This document shows positions 11,345 to 22,861 of a stretch of 64,000 nucleotides of DNA, in pieces; positions within the stretch are counted from its first letter, which is position 1, and each line of letters starts with the position of its first letter. The notes beneath the pieces are model-generated. The model made no database searches, was not told where the DNA came from, and saw nothing but the letters and a program-made list of their open reading frames with translations. The stretch comes from an uncultured Bacteroidales bacterium (lineage in GTDB: Bacteria > Bacteroidota > Bacteroidia > Bacteroidales > VadinHA17): NCBI GenBank assembly GCA_963732115.1, contig CAVSYN010000001.1, forward strand, positions 9,341-73,340, read 5' to 3'. The translations under genes were made by a program, and so were the position numbers.

Positions 11345-11884
11345 ATGTTAGACTACATCCTGTTAATATTGGCAATTATTCTGATGATCCTCGGAATAAT
11401 TGGTTGTCTGGCACCGGTACTCCCCGGTCCGCCATTAAGTTACCTTGGACTGATTTTACTCCATTTTACGAAATTCGCTGATTTCTCTACATCTATCCTG
11501 ATAACACTGGCAGTAATTGTGATCGTGGTTTCGATACTCGATTATATTGTTCCAATCTGGGGAACCAAGAAATTCGGTGGATCAAAATATGGAACCCGTG
11601 GAGCAACGGTAGGGCTTATAATAGGCCTTTTCCTTGGACCGGTAGGAATCATTATCGGTCCGTTTATAGGAGCTGTGGTCGGCGAACTCATCTTTAAGGA
11701 TGATATGAAATACGCTATAAAAGCAGGATTCGGAAGTCTGCTCGGATTTCTTACCGGTATCGGACTGAAGCTGGCAGCTTCGTTCGTGATTACATTCTAC
11801 TTTGTGAAGGAGTGGATAAGCAGTAGCCACCATCACTGCCTTAATTGTATGAAGACGGTTTTCGGCCTCGTCAAAAACAATTGA
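11345..11884 (+). CDS. DUF456 membrane protein (C-terminus reads through into antisense argF)
   Basis: [30 protein letters not shown]. Confidence 0.88.
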   Translation: MLDYILLILAIILMILGIIGCLAPVLPGPPLSYLGLILLHFTKFADFSTSILITLAVIVIVVSILDYIVPIWGTKKFGGSKYGTRGATVGLIIGLFLGPVGIIIGPFIGAVVGELIFKDDMKYAIKAGFGSLLGFLTGIGLKLAASFVITFYFVKEWISSSHHHCLNCMKTVFGLVKNN

Positions 11885-12813
11885 GTGCTTTGATTCAAAT
11901 ACGTCTTCTGTTACTTCCAGACTGTCAAGACCGAATTTCTGATAATATTTCCTCACCGACTCCGGTTTCCCTGTTGTGAAATGCAGGCAGGCAATGCAGA
12001 AATCTTACTTCCGGATTCCCGGTTTTTTTGACAACTGACATATTGACCTGGTATGGCTTCATTAGTTTTATTCTGTCAGCCCATGCAGAATCGGGTTCTC
12101 CCATCGATACCCAGACATCGGTATAAAGAAAATCGACGCCCTTAACTGCTTCATCAACGTTATCAGTAATATTGATCTTTGCCCCTGTCTCCTTTGCGAT
12201 CTTACTGCATGTTTCAACAAGTTCTTTCCCCTGCTGAAATGCCTTTGGCGCAGCAGTTCTGAAATCCATTCCCATCTTGGCTGCGCCTACAAGCAGGGAA
12301 TTACCCATGTTATAGCGCGCATCGCCCAGATAGCAGAATGAGATCTTATTTAGTGGTTTGCTGCAATGTTCAAGCATTGTCATAAAATCGGCTAATATCT
12401 GAGTCGGATGAAATTCGTTTGTCAGTCCGTTCCAGACCGGAACACCGGCATATTGCGCCAGCTCTTCAACAATTGCCTGACCGTAACCTCTGTATTCGAT
12501 CCCGTCGAACATCCTTCCAAGTACCCTGGCAGTATCTTTCATTGACTCCTTTTGTCCTATCTGCGAACCGCTTGGTCCCAGGTATGTTACATGTGGCTCC
12601 CTGGTCGAGTGCTGCAACTTCAAATGCGCATCTGGTCCTGGTCGATGATTTTTCGAAAATCAATGCGATGTTCTTTCCTTTAAGCTTTTGCTGTTCAGTC
12701 CCGTTTTTCTTGGCCTTTTTCAGATCAGCAGCCAGATCGAGCAGGTATTTTATCTCTTCAGGCTTGAAATCGAGGAGCTTCAGGAAGTTTCTATTGCGGA
12801 GGTTGATTGACAT
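11813..12813 (-). CDS. argF: Ornithine carbamoyltransferase (frameshifted; 3' end approximate)
   Basis: [64 protein letters not shown]. Confidence 0.93.
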
Positions 12814-12889
12814 GGGTACGATAGTATTTTAAGTTGAATAAATCAGGAATAATTTGAAGGGGATAAAAGTAATAAATATTTTAATAAAG

Positions 12890-12929
12890 AGGCGACTGGC
12901 AACAGGCAACGGGCGGCAGGCGACTGGCA
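12890..12929. repeat. Heptamer tandem repeat (NGGCRRC)x~6
   Basis: aggcgac tggcaac aggcaac gggcggc aggcgac tggca between arcC and argF. Confidence 0.65.
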
Positions 12930-13890
12930 TTATTCGCCGTACTCCATTGTGATCTTTGACCCATACTTTTTATCTGCCAGCTTAAATGCTTCAGTGATCA
13001 CACTCATGCGGCCTCCTTTTTTCAGGAAGTTCAGGCAGGCTTCAATTTTCGGCGCCATGCTCCCTTTTGCGAAATGACCCTCTTTCAGGTACTTCAAGGT
13101 GTCAGCGTAATTGAGAAACTCCTTTATTTCCTGATTCGGTTTCTTATAATTAATATATATGTATGGAACATCTGTAAGAATATAGAATTCATCAGCTCCT
13201 ATCACGGAAGCAAGCAATGAAGAAGCAAGGTCCTTATCTATAACTACTTCGGCGGGCCTGACATCCTTTTTCTCATCGATATATACAGGAACACCTCCGC
13301 CTCCGGCTGCAATTACAATATTACCTTTCGATTGCAAGTTCACGGATTATCGAGTAATTCATTATATCAACCGGCGCCGGCGATGGAACAACGCGTCTGA
13401 ATCCATTTTCAGCCTTTACTTCCTCCCTGAAGATCCATCCTTTTTTTGCAGCAAGGGAATCTGCTTCATTTCTCGTATAGATCTTCCCTATTCTCTTCTG
13501 CGGATCATTGAAGGCTGGATCATTTTTATCAACAATTACCTGTGTAACAATGCAGATCACATTTTTATTGATACCATGTTTATTAAGTACATTTCTGAAC
13601 ATCCGTTCGATCATGTAACCAATTCCTCCCTGTGAATCAGCCACGCAGATATCGACCGGCATCTGGGCAATATTATACAATTGTTCACCGGCATCGTTTC
13701 TCATAAGGATATTCCCCACCTGCGGGCCATTTCCATGAGTAATAACCAGATCATATCCTTCATTTATCAGGAAGACAAGGTTTTCGAGTGTCTGTGTAGT
13801 ATTTTCCTCCTGTTCCTCAATTGTTCCTGCCTGATCACCACGAAGAAGTGCGTTTCCACCTAAAGCAACTACTGCAAGTTTCTTCCCCAT
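12930..13890 (-). CDS. arcC: Carbamate kinase (frameshift near 13330)
   Basis: VVALGGNALL, THGNGPQVG, RRVVPSPAP, AGGGGVPV, IDKDLAS, GSMAPKIEA. Confidence 0.95.
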
Positions 13891-14128
13891 ATTCAACAGA
13901 GATATATTTTAATATTTATCTGATTCACAATAATAAGTGACTTGAAAAACTCGTTTCAATCAACACAAAGCTATGAATTTCTGAATTTCGGGGAGATGGG
14001 AGCTTTTAAAATCGTCCGTTTAATAACATATGTTAAAAAACATAATTTCTTATACCTCAGAGCATAATTATCAGGGTGTCTTAAACAATTTTGAAAAAAT
14101 AATTACATTTACGTCTTCAACTTAAATC

Positions 14129-14823
14129 ATGGTTTTGAGATCGGGTAGCGTCTTTCCTCATTTCATTATTTTTTTATTCACAAACTTCTCCTGCAAGGAA
14201 AAAAGGGGAAAGACCATTAAGCAGGGTGAGATCCATTATGACGTTCAGTACGAAGGTCATATTACTCTTATGCCAAAGGAATTGATGCCCAAAAATCTTG
14301 TTGTATCCTTCAAGGACGACAAGATTGTTTATGAACTCATCTCCCCTCTTGGCAATTCCGGAATAATAAACTTATCAAATCCTTCAAAGGAAATACACGA
14401 TACATATCTCAGCATGTTTACGATAAGATACTTCTATGCCTCCAAACCCGGTGAACTTTATCCGGGATTTGAAGCAATGGATGGCATCGAGATCAGAAAG
14501 ACATTAAAGACTCGCCAGGATATGCGGCTTTCGTCTGCAAAAATGCTGAGGTAACCTTTCCCTTTGACCGCTCCAAAATCTACAATATCTGGTATACCAA
14601 AGAAATACCCATTAAAGACCCGAATGCATCAACTCCTTTTTGCCAGATTGATGGAGTACTGATGAGCTTTTTCTTTTTTATCGGCCGCTCCGAATTTCAT
14701 TTTGTGGCCCAGAATGTCTACAAAAAAGAGATCCCCGACAAGACATTTGAACGAAAGGAAAAGTTCAAAATGGTTTCAAAAAGGGATATCAATAAGTTTA
14801 TCAATAAGATGGTCAGCCTGTAA
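14129..14823 (+). CDS. Hypothetical lipoprotein, GLPGLI/DUF4412-like (frameshifted)
   Basis: FSCK lipobox, GEIHYDV; after the frameshift near 14515 it continues IWYTKEIPIKDPN...IDGVLMSF to TAA at 14823. Confidence 0.55.
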
Positions 14824-14948
14824 GGGGCTCATAGCGTCGGGCCGGGAACAGGGAGCATGGAGCTGGGCGGTGAGCAATACTTATTTATCAAAATTATTAC
14901 CTTTGGGGTGCTTTAAATGGCTTCCTCTGCAGGAATTATTGATTTGAG

Positions 14949-17388
14949 ATGAAGAAAGAAAAAGAAGAAACAGGGAAAAAGACAACAAAGTCAAAGGCTA
15001 AATCCAAATCTTTCTTTACTGACGAAAGAATTAAATTCGCTATTGGAATATTGATTACAGGATTTGCATTTTACCTTCTTCTTGCCTGTGTAGCATATCT
15101 TTTCTGGTGGAAAACCGACCTTAGCCTGTCCGATTCCCAGGTAATCTCAGGTGCAGATGTTAATGTAAAGAACTGGTCAGGAAAAAGCGGCCATTTTCTG
15201 GCAAAAATGATAATCGGTTTCGGCTTTGGATATGGTGCGTTTTTTATTCCCCTTATTGTCGGTTCAATAGGGCTTGTATCTGCTCAATTTCCCGAAAATC
15301 AATCTCTGGAAACTTGTAACAAAATTCACTTTTGCTGCCATTATCATTTCGCTTATACTCGGATTCATCTTCGGCAATGCAGATGGTTACCTTGGTAGTG
15401 GGCCGGGAGGCGCACAGGGATTTAAGATTACAGAATGGCTGAATTCATTTGCAGGGAAAATTGGTACAGGAATAATATTAACCTTTGTAACTCTCTCCTA
15501 CCTGGTTTTTGCGCTTAAATTCAAACCGGAGACATTTACAAAGAAAATACCCTCAACTATCAAAAGTGTTATACCCGGAATCAAGCCCGGAACTACAGCT
15601 GAAGTGCCTTCTGATAATCGGAAGCGAAGAGTGCTCAGAAATATGAAGATGAGGAAGGACCTGATGATGAGGCGAAGAGGAAGACGATGAGGAGGTTGAA
15701 TTTGTAGTAAAACGTCCGACACTTGAGGATGACAGTCAGGTAATCAGCGGTCGCGGTTCAATAATTCACGAAGTTGATAAGGACGGAAACAGTAATACCG
15801 GCAGTGAACAACGTTCCGATCAATATTAAGAAGACCTGAAGCCACCGATATATTGCCTGATCATGAAGTGGAAAAGTTCAGGGAGAACTTATGATCCCAG
15901 CGCTTGATTTGTCAAAATACAAGTTCCCGCCGGTCTCAATACTCACTGACCATAAATCCGATACAAGTTTTGACGATGCTGAAGTTCTTGAGAACAAGGA
16001 AAATATAGTCAAAACGCTGGGAGATCATAAAATAAGCATAAAGCACATTACGGCAACTGTCGGGCCCGACTGTGACACTGTATGAAATTGTACCGGAACG
16101 GGGAGTACGCCTTGCCCGGATAAAATCGCTTGAGAACGATATAGCCCTGAATCTTTCTGCGCTGGGAATCAGGATTATAGCCCCGATCCCGGGAAGAGGA
16201 ACCGTTGGCATTGAAGTACCTAACAAGAATCCCCAGATTGTTTCAATGAAATCGCTGATCACATCCAAGGCATTTCAGGAAACAAAATTCGACCTGGCCC
16301 TTGGACTGGGACGCACGATCACTAACGACCCTTATATTGTTGATCTTACAAAAATGCCCCATCTACTTGTGGCCGGAGCAACCGGGCAGGGTAAATCGGT
16401 TGGAATCAATGCAATAATAACTTCGATTCTTTACAAGAAACATCCTTCAGAAGTTAAATTTGTGCTTATCGATCCTAAACGGGTAGAGTTGCCTCTTTAT
16501 GCCAAGATTGAACGTCATTTTCTGGCAAAGCTTCCGGGAGAGGAAGATGCTATAATCACTGATACTCAGAAGGTTATCAATACACTTAACTCGCTGTGCA
16601 TTGAAATGGATAACCGTCTGGAGCTTCTCAAGGATGCACAGTCACGCAATATCAAGGAATACAATGAGAAGTTCATTTCCAGGAGGCTTAATCCAGAGAA
16701 GGGTCATAGGTATCTGCCTTATATTATTCTTATTATCGATGAATTTGCCGATCTGATAATGACTGCCGGGAGGGAGATCGAGCCACCAATCGGCAGACTT
16801 GCACAGCTTGCCAGGGCAACCGGTATACACCTTATTATCTCCACCCAGAGGCCATCGACAAACATCATAACCGGCTTCATTAAAGCAAACTTCCCGACCA
16901 GGATAGCATTCAGGGTGTTCTCCTCAATTGACTCAAGGACAATTCTTGATGCCACTGGTGCCGACAGGCTGGTCGGGAGAGGTGATATGCTCATATCAAC
17001 CGGCGCTGAACCTGTCAGGGTACAATGCGCATTTATTGATACTCCGGAAATAGAAGAACTGACAGAATACATAGGGTCACAGCAGGGTTACCCCGATGCA
17101 ATGCACCTGCCCGAGTATATTGACGACAGCGAACTGGGGTTGCAGGAAGTTGACCTCCGCAAAAGGGATCCTATGTTTGAAGACGCAGCTCGCCTGGTTG
17201 TGCAGCATCAGCAGGGCTCCACATCGCTGATACAAAGAAAGCTTTCAATAGGCTATAACAGGGCAGGGAGAATAATTGACCAGCTTGAAGCTGCAGGTAT
17301 AGTAGGACCCTTTGAAGGGAGCAAGGCCAGGGATGTGCTTTGCACTGATTATACACGTTTGGAACAGATTTTGAAGGATCTGGATTAA
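14949..17388 (+). CDS. ftsK: DNA translocase FtsK (several frameshifts)
   Basis: 4TM N-terminus (NWSGKSG), RIIAPIPGRGTVGIEVPN, AGATGQGKS, IDEFADL, TQRPS, gamma domain LIQRKLSIGYNRAGR. Confidence 0.96.
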
Positions 17389-17398
17389 AAGAATCTCG

Positions 17399-18034
17399 AT
17401 GAGACAATTTCTTGCGGTTTTTTTCTTGTTTATCCTGTCCCTGAGCGCTTTCCCTCAAAATGATGCAGAGGCTGTAAAAATCCTTGACAGGTTTTCTTCA
17501 AATGCGCTTTCAGCTCAGGCCATCTCGATGAAATTCACAATTGAAACTGTCGATCAGATCGAAGGGACCAATAAGAATATTTCGGGTTCGATAATCCTCA
17601 GCAAGGACAAGTACAGGCTTGATATGACTGACAACATTGTATGGTATAACGGGGAAACATCATGGAGCTACCTTCCTGCCGAAAAAGAGGTTACAATCTC
17701 AAAACCATCAAAGAAAGACGATTCCTTCCAGGCACGGCCTTCTGCAGTTTTTTCAATATACAAAAAGGGATACAAGACCAGGCTTCTTGAGGAGAAGGCC
17801 GATTCATACCTTATCGATCTGTATCCTGAAGATATAAACAGCGATCATATCCGGATCAGGCTGAAAATCGGCAAACCTGACTTTGACCTTAAAAGCCTGG
17901 AATACAAATATAAAAACGGGGTCACCGTTACACTTAATGTAAAGGAATTTGACCTTAAGCAGAAGCCGGATAACTCAGAATTTGTTTTTTCTCCTGAAAA
18001 GTACAAAGGAGTTGAGGTAGTGGATATGCGTTAA
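17399..18034 (+). CDS. lolA: Outer-membrane lipoprotein carrier LolA-like protein
   Basis: Signal peptide, KYRL, YNGETSWSY..EKEVTIS, C-terminal VVDMR; directly downstream of ftsK. Confidence 0.85.
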   Translation: MRQFLAVFFLFILSLSAFPQNDAEAVKILDRFSSNALSAQAISMKFTIETVDQIEGTNKNISGSIILSKDKYRLDMTDNIVWYNGETSWSYLPAEKEVTISKPSKKDDSFQARPSAVFSIYKKGYKTRLLEEKADSYLIDLYPEDINSDHIRIRLKIGKPDFDLKSLEYKYKNGVTVTLNVKEFDLKQKPDNSEFVFSPEKYKGVEVVDMR

Positions 18035-20162
18035 TCGCGGGCCCTTTCTCTTTCGGGATATGCAATTCTTGCATGGTAAATATTTGAAAGCCTTTTAACA
18101 AATACACTCTTAATATCTGATATATCCTTGAATGTCAGCGGTGTCTCCGAGAACTGACCATCCTGCTCCTGTATGTAGATAATTCTTTCAACCAGCTCCC
18201 TTAATATTTTCCTCTGAATAGTTTGCGAGAGTTCTTGAAGATGCTTCAACAGCATCGGCCATCATAACAATTGCAGTTTCTTTGGAGTTCGGTTTTGGTC
18301 CCGAATACGTAAAGCTCTTTTCCATATCGGTGCTTTTCGGGTTCTTATCAAGGAATTTCTTGTAAAAATAATATGCTACCGAAGTACCATGATGGGTTTG
18401 GATGAAATCAATTATAAGGGAAGGAAGCTTGTACTTCTTTGCCAGTTCCACTCCCTGCCTGACATGATCAATGATGATCGTTGAGCTTTTTAAAGGATCG
18501 AGCTGATCGTGGGGACTGAATCCTTCTGAATGATTCTCAATGAAGAATTCCGATTTGGCTATTTTACCTATATCATGGTAAAGCGCTCCTGTTCTGGCCA
18601 GAAGATTATTTGCACCGATCTCCCTGGCTGCTTCCTCAGCAAGATTTGCAACCTGAAGAGAATGCTGGAAGGAACCGGGGGCCTCCTCAGCCAGTTTTCT
18701 GAGCAGGGGCTGGTTTGTATCGGATAGTTCGAATAAGGTTGCATCAGAGAGGAACCTGAATGTTTTTTCAAAAACGAAGATCAAAGGGTAGCTTAACAGC
18801 AGGAAAACACCATTGCCTGCAAACCACAGGTAGTTCCTCCATTTCATATCAGGAAGGCTGCCTTCCTGCATCAGGCCTATTCCGAAGTAAACAACTGAAT
18901 AGGTAACAAACACCATTAAAACTGCAAAAAACAGCTTCGCCCTCCTGTAAACATTTGTCAGTGAGAATATAACTATCACACCAACAATATAGCTTACAAA
19001 AACGAATTCAAATGAATTGGGAACAATGAAACCGGCAAGCATGATCGAGACAAGATAAACAAAGAGTGCAAGCCTGGAATCGTAAAATGTCCTTACAACA
19101 ATTGGTATAATTGCAAAAGGTATCAGAAATACAATATCCCCTGGTATGTTGATAACAAGCCGGGTAATTATTATAAATAAAAGTATAACCAGTATTATAA
19201 AGAATGTTTTGTGCGTGGAACTCAACACATCAAACCGGAAATTGTAAAGGAAAAGATAAAGTCCCAGATAACAGGCAGTTACAAGGATAAGTCTTCCGAG
19301 CAGAATAAGCCATTTATCGGTCTTTCCCAGACGTTTCGCATATTCATTACTGAGAGATTCCAGGATCGTGTATTTCGAATCATTAACGATCTCTCCCCGT
19401 GATATTATCAGTTCACCTTTCTGAACCATGCCACGGTTCACGCTAATTCCGCTGATCATCTTATCTTTAACTGCCGTGGAAGTGGCTGAATCGTAGAAAA
19501 GATTCGGCTTTATGAAATCGTATAATGCCACCCGTGATACAAAATCGCTTAATGACTTTCCTGAACCAGTGGAGTGTTTCTTTTCAAGTGCTTCCTGCCT
19601 CACTTTCGCAAATTCATAGGCGCCCTTTTGTGAGAAAACTGAGGTAAAAGGGGTGTGTTCTGCCACCTTGCCTTTAACTACCGTAATTTCTGAATATGTT
19701 CTTTCGGGAGAAGCCGTTATTTCATTGGCTTCAAAAACCCCTCTTTCGTAGATCTCTGAGAGGATCGAATTCATTTCCCTCTTTACTGAAATAAAACCCA
19801 TTGGATCGAGCGCGCGATTTTCTGATTCAAAATCCTGGAGTAATTTACTGACATATTTATCAAACTCAAGTATCTCTATTGTTTCAATATCGGAATCATA
19901 TTTAAAATATGGAGAGAAGTTGCGTAAAATGCTGTCGCGTTCCCGGGCGATAACTTCCTCCGATTTAAGGACAGGAAAGTCCCACGGTGCAATAACGGAT
20001 AGAACTAAGCCAGGGTTTGCCTTTCTGAAATTCGTACCTGAATTTACCTTCGCGGGGTGAGATAGCTACAACAATCAGGATACTTGCAGCGAACAGAATA
20101 ATATGATAGAGATACTTTTTATTCGTCTTTATCTCCGGTGGTCGTCTTTTGGATCCAGCCAT
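18031..20162 (-). CDS. 7TM-HD (HDIG) phosphohydrolase, PgpH-like (frameshifted)
   Basis: FRYEFQKGKPW, seven TM segments, APGSFQHSLQVANLAE, YHDIGK, THHGT, MMADAVEA. Confidence 0.9.
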
Positions 20163-20446
20163 TATCTTAAGTATTAGATATACCTGATAATCAAAGTCAA
20201 AAATAGGGATAATTTTAACAATTGACCAATTAAAAAGGTTTTGAACAACAATTAAAATAACGCTTCTGTGCAAGTTTTTCAACCCTCCTGCCACTCTGAA
20301 GAGAATTAAAATCTACAACCGGTAGAGTCCCCTATTTTTGAGGAATGGGTGAAACCTTGTGTAAGGTAAGAACTTACACAAAGAATGCAGAGAACCTCAG
20401 AGATCCACGGAGATGATACACGCAGATTCCGCATTAATTTGTAATT

Positions 20447-21232
20447 TTGAAAAAAAATATCAAGATGGAAGTATTTATATGTGAGAATGTTTTTGTTCCC
20501 CTGCGCTCGGGGCCTTCACATAAGTCGGAAATGCTCAGTCAGGTCCTGTTTGGCGAAAAATACAGGATCATTGATCAGTCAGGCCACTGGTACAAGGTTG
20601 AAACACTCTTTGACAATTACCTGGGATGGATAGATATCAATCACCTCCAACAATCAGAAGACCGGGACGGTGTTACAGGTCAGGTACTGAACAGATCGCT
20701 GTTATGCTTTAAAAATGACAAAACCCGGCTTGTTCTTGAAGCAGGATGTGAGATCTATAATCCTGACATTGAAAACAAGGTATTTTCGGCAGGCGGGAAT
20801 GTTTATGGCACATGTTCCGATTTCGGTTATAGTTATATTACAGTCAATGAATCCATTGGTGATACTGCAATGAGATTTATCAACAGCCCGTACATATGGG
20901 GTGGCCGGATACCTTCAGGAATCGATTGCTCGGGGTTCGTGCAGCTCGTCTGCAAAATACAGGGTAAGGGAATCCCGCGCGACAGCACGCAGCAGGCAAC
21001 AATTGGAGAAAGCATAAATTTTATTGAGGAAGCAATACCAGGTGATCTTGTTTTCTTTGATGATGAAATGGGCAGGATTACCCATGTCGGGATGATACTT
21101 TCGAAGGGGCTTGTGATTCATTCCTCAGGCAGGGTGAGGATTGATACAATTGACCACCAGGGGATTTACAAGAATGAAATCAAGGGATATTCGCATAAGC
21201 TAAGGACTATCAAGAGAATCATAAGCAAGTAG
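20447..21232 (+). CDS. SH3 + NlpC/P60 (C40) peptidase
   Basis: SEMLSQVLFGE, PYIWGG, GIDCSGFV, PRDSTQQ, PGDLVFF, HVG. Confidence 0.92.
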   Translation: MKKNIKMEVFICENVFVPLRSGPSHKSEMLSQVLFGEKYRIIDQSGHWYKVETLFDNYLGWIDINHLQQSEDRDGVTGQVLNRSLLCFKNDKTRLVLEAGCEIYNPDIENKVFSAGGNVYGTCSDFGYSYITVNESIGDTAMRFINSPYIWGGRIPSGIDCSGFVQLVCKIQGKGIPRDSTQQATIGESINFIEEAIPGDLVFFDDEMGRITHVGMILSKGLVIHSSGRVRIDTIDHQGIYKNEIKGYSHKLRTIKRIISK

Positions 21233-21303
21233 TTGTGCAAGTTGTAACAATATAGCGTGAAGAACCTGCAGAACTAGCATAACTGGCAAAATCTGCATAA
21301 CAT

Positions 21304-21333
21304 AAAAAGGCTGCTCTTTCGAGACAGCCTTTT
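21304..21333. terminator. Bidirectional intrinsic terminator
   Basis: AAAAAGGCTGCTCT-TTCG-AGACAGCCTTTT between convergent NlpC/P60 and susD genes. Confidence 0.8.
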
Positions 21334-21357
21334 CAATTGGTAGTTATTTAACTTTGG

Positions 21358-22847
21358 CTAGTTTCCAGTCATAAGTTTATTAAAGGCTAGTTCAAGGGCA
21401 GAAATTGGCCAGATATATGTAGGACTGGTTGGTGGAATCTCTGCAATGCTCCCATTAGCTGAACCACCATCTTTTGCCGGTATTGTCAGACTTAACCTCA
21501 TAAGGTCCATTGTACGGATACCTTCACCAAGGAACTCCATATTTCTTTCCTGCAGGATTGCCGTATAGAAATCAGTGACAGAAGCAAAGCTCGCAACCGT
21601 ATATGCGCCTGTAGGAAACGAACGTGTTCTTACTGCATTCAGAAGGTCAATGGCTTCCTGCGTAACAGCATTACCCTGCTCTTACGAGAGCTTCTGAACG
21701 GTTAAGCAGAACTTCTGCATATCTGATTACCGGAGCAATAATTGGTAATGAGTAGTGTAATCTGGAAATTTTGTAATGAAGTAGTTAGCTCCTGACAAGA
21801 TAAGGCTTGTCTTCCTGACATCAGTTGCATCCATTGTTGCATAAGCTGTACCTGGAGCCAGATTAAGATAATATGACTCATTAGCGCCAGAAGAATAATA
21901 ATGAAGGCAGACTATTCTGGGAACCGGGATTGTCAGTCGTTGTCATGAGGCATTGAAAAAATCGATTCCTTCGATGTATAAGGAGATGCCCAGACAGCAG
22001 CAAATGATGGATTCAGGGCAAATGCAACACCTGTTGCGGCTGTAAATGGAGCTGATGCTGAGACTATTTTTGCCGATTCGGTAACAACTGTTGCCCAGTT
22101 CTGCATATGCAGATATACCCTTGTTTTAAAGGCAATAATGGTATTCTTATGGATTCTCGTCGTATTCAGAAGATCTGTAGTGTAATTCAAAATTGCAAGT
22201 GGTTCAGCATCATTCAGGTCCTTCAGTATCTGTGTATAAACTTCAGCCACTGTGCTTCTTGCAAGGTCACTGTTTTCCGAGGATTTCTCAGCTAATAATC
22301 TGAGTGGTACACCCGGGATTAGCTCCTGAACCCATGTTGTATGGTTTTGCATAGAGCTGAAGCAGGTCAAAATAACATATTGCCCTGAGGGTCAAAGCTT
22401 CACTTTTGTACTGGTCATATTCAGCCTGGGTTATCTTTCCGTCCAGAACTTACCTCCATCCCATGCAGCCATTTAAACCATCTAGGAAAACGTTAATTGA
22501 ATTAATAGCTGTTATAAATGGCTCCCCAGCAGTTCTGCACTTCATTTGTAGAACTGACTTCGGTATGGTTCCAGGAAGCAAAATTTGTAACAAGGTTGGA
22601 ACTTTTAGGAATGAAATTATCTGCCCGACATCGTGATAGACAAAGTATCTGCCACCTAGATAGGCTCCGGACTTTCATTCATGTCATACATTCCGTTTAC
22701 CTGTGCAACCACCCGGTCTTTTGTTTCAAATACCGAAAGATCGGAAAGTGATGTCTGAGGAACCGGATCGAGATACTCTTTGGAGCACCCGATTGTAAGC
22801 AATAGTGCAAATGCTATTGATATTTTATATATATTTCTCATAATCAT
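21358..22847 (-). CDS. SusD/RagB family lipoprotein (multiple frameshifts)
   Basis: Lipobox LTIGC-SKEYLD, GVPLRL, ARSTVAEVY, RVYLH, IRYAEVLL, ERNMEFLGEG, YIWPI. Confidence 0.88.
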
Positions 22848-22861
22848 TCTTTTTTATGAAG

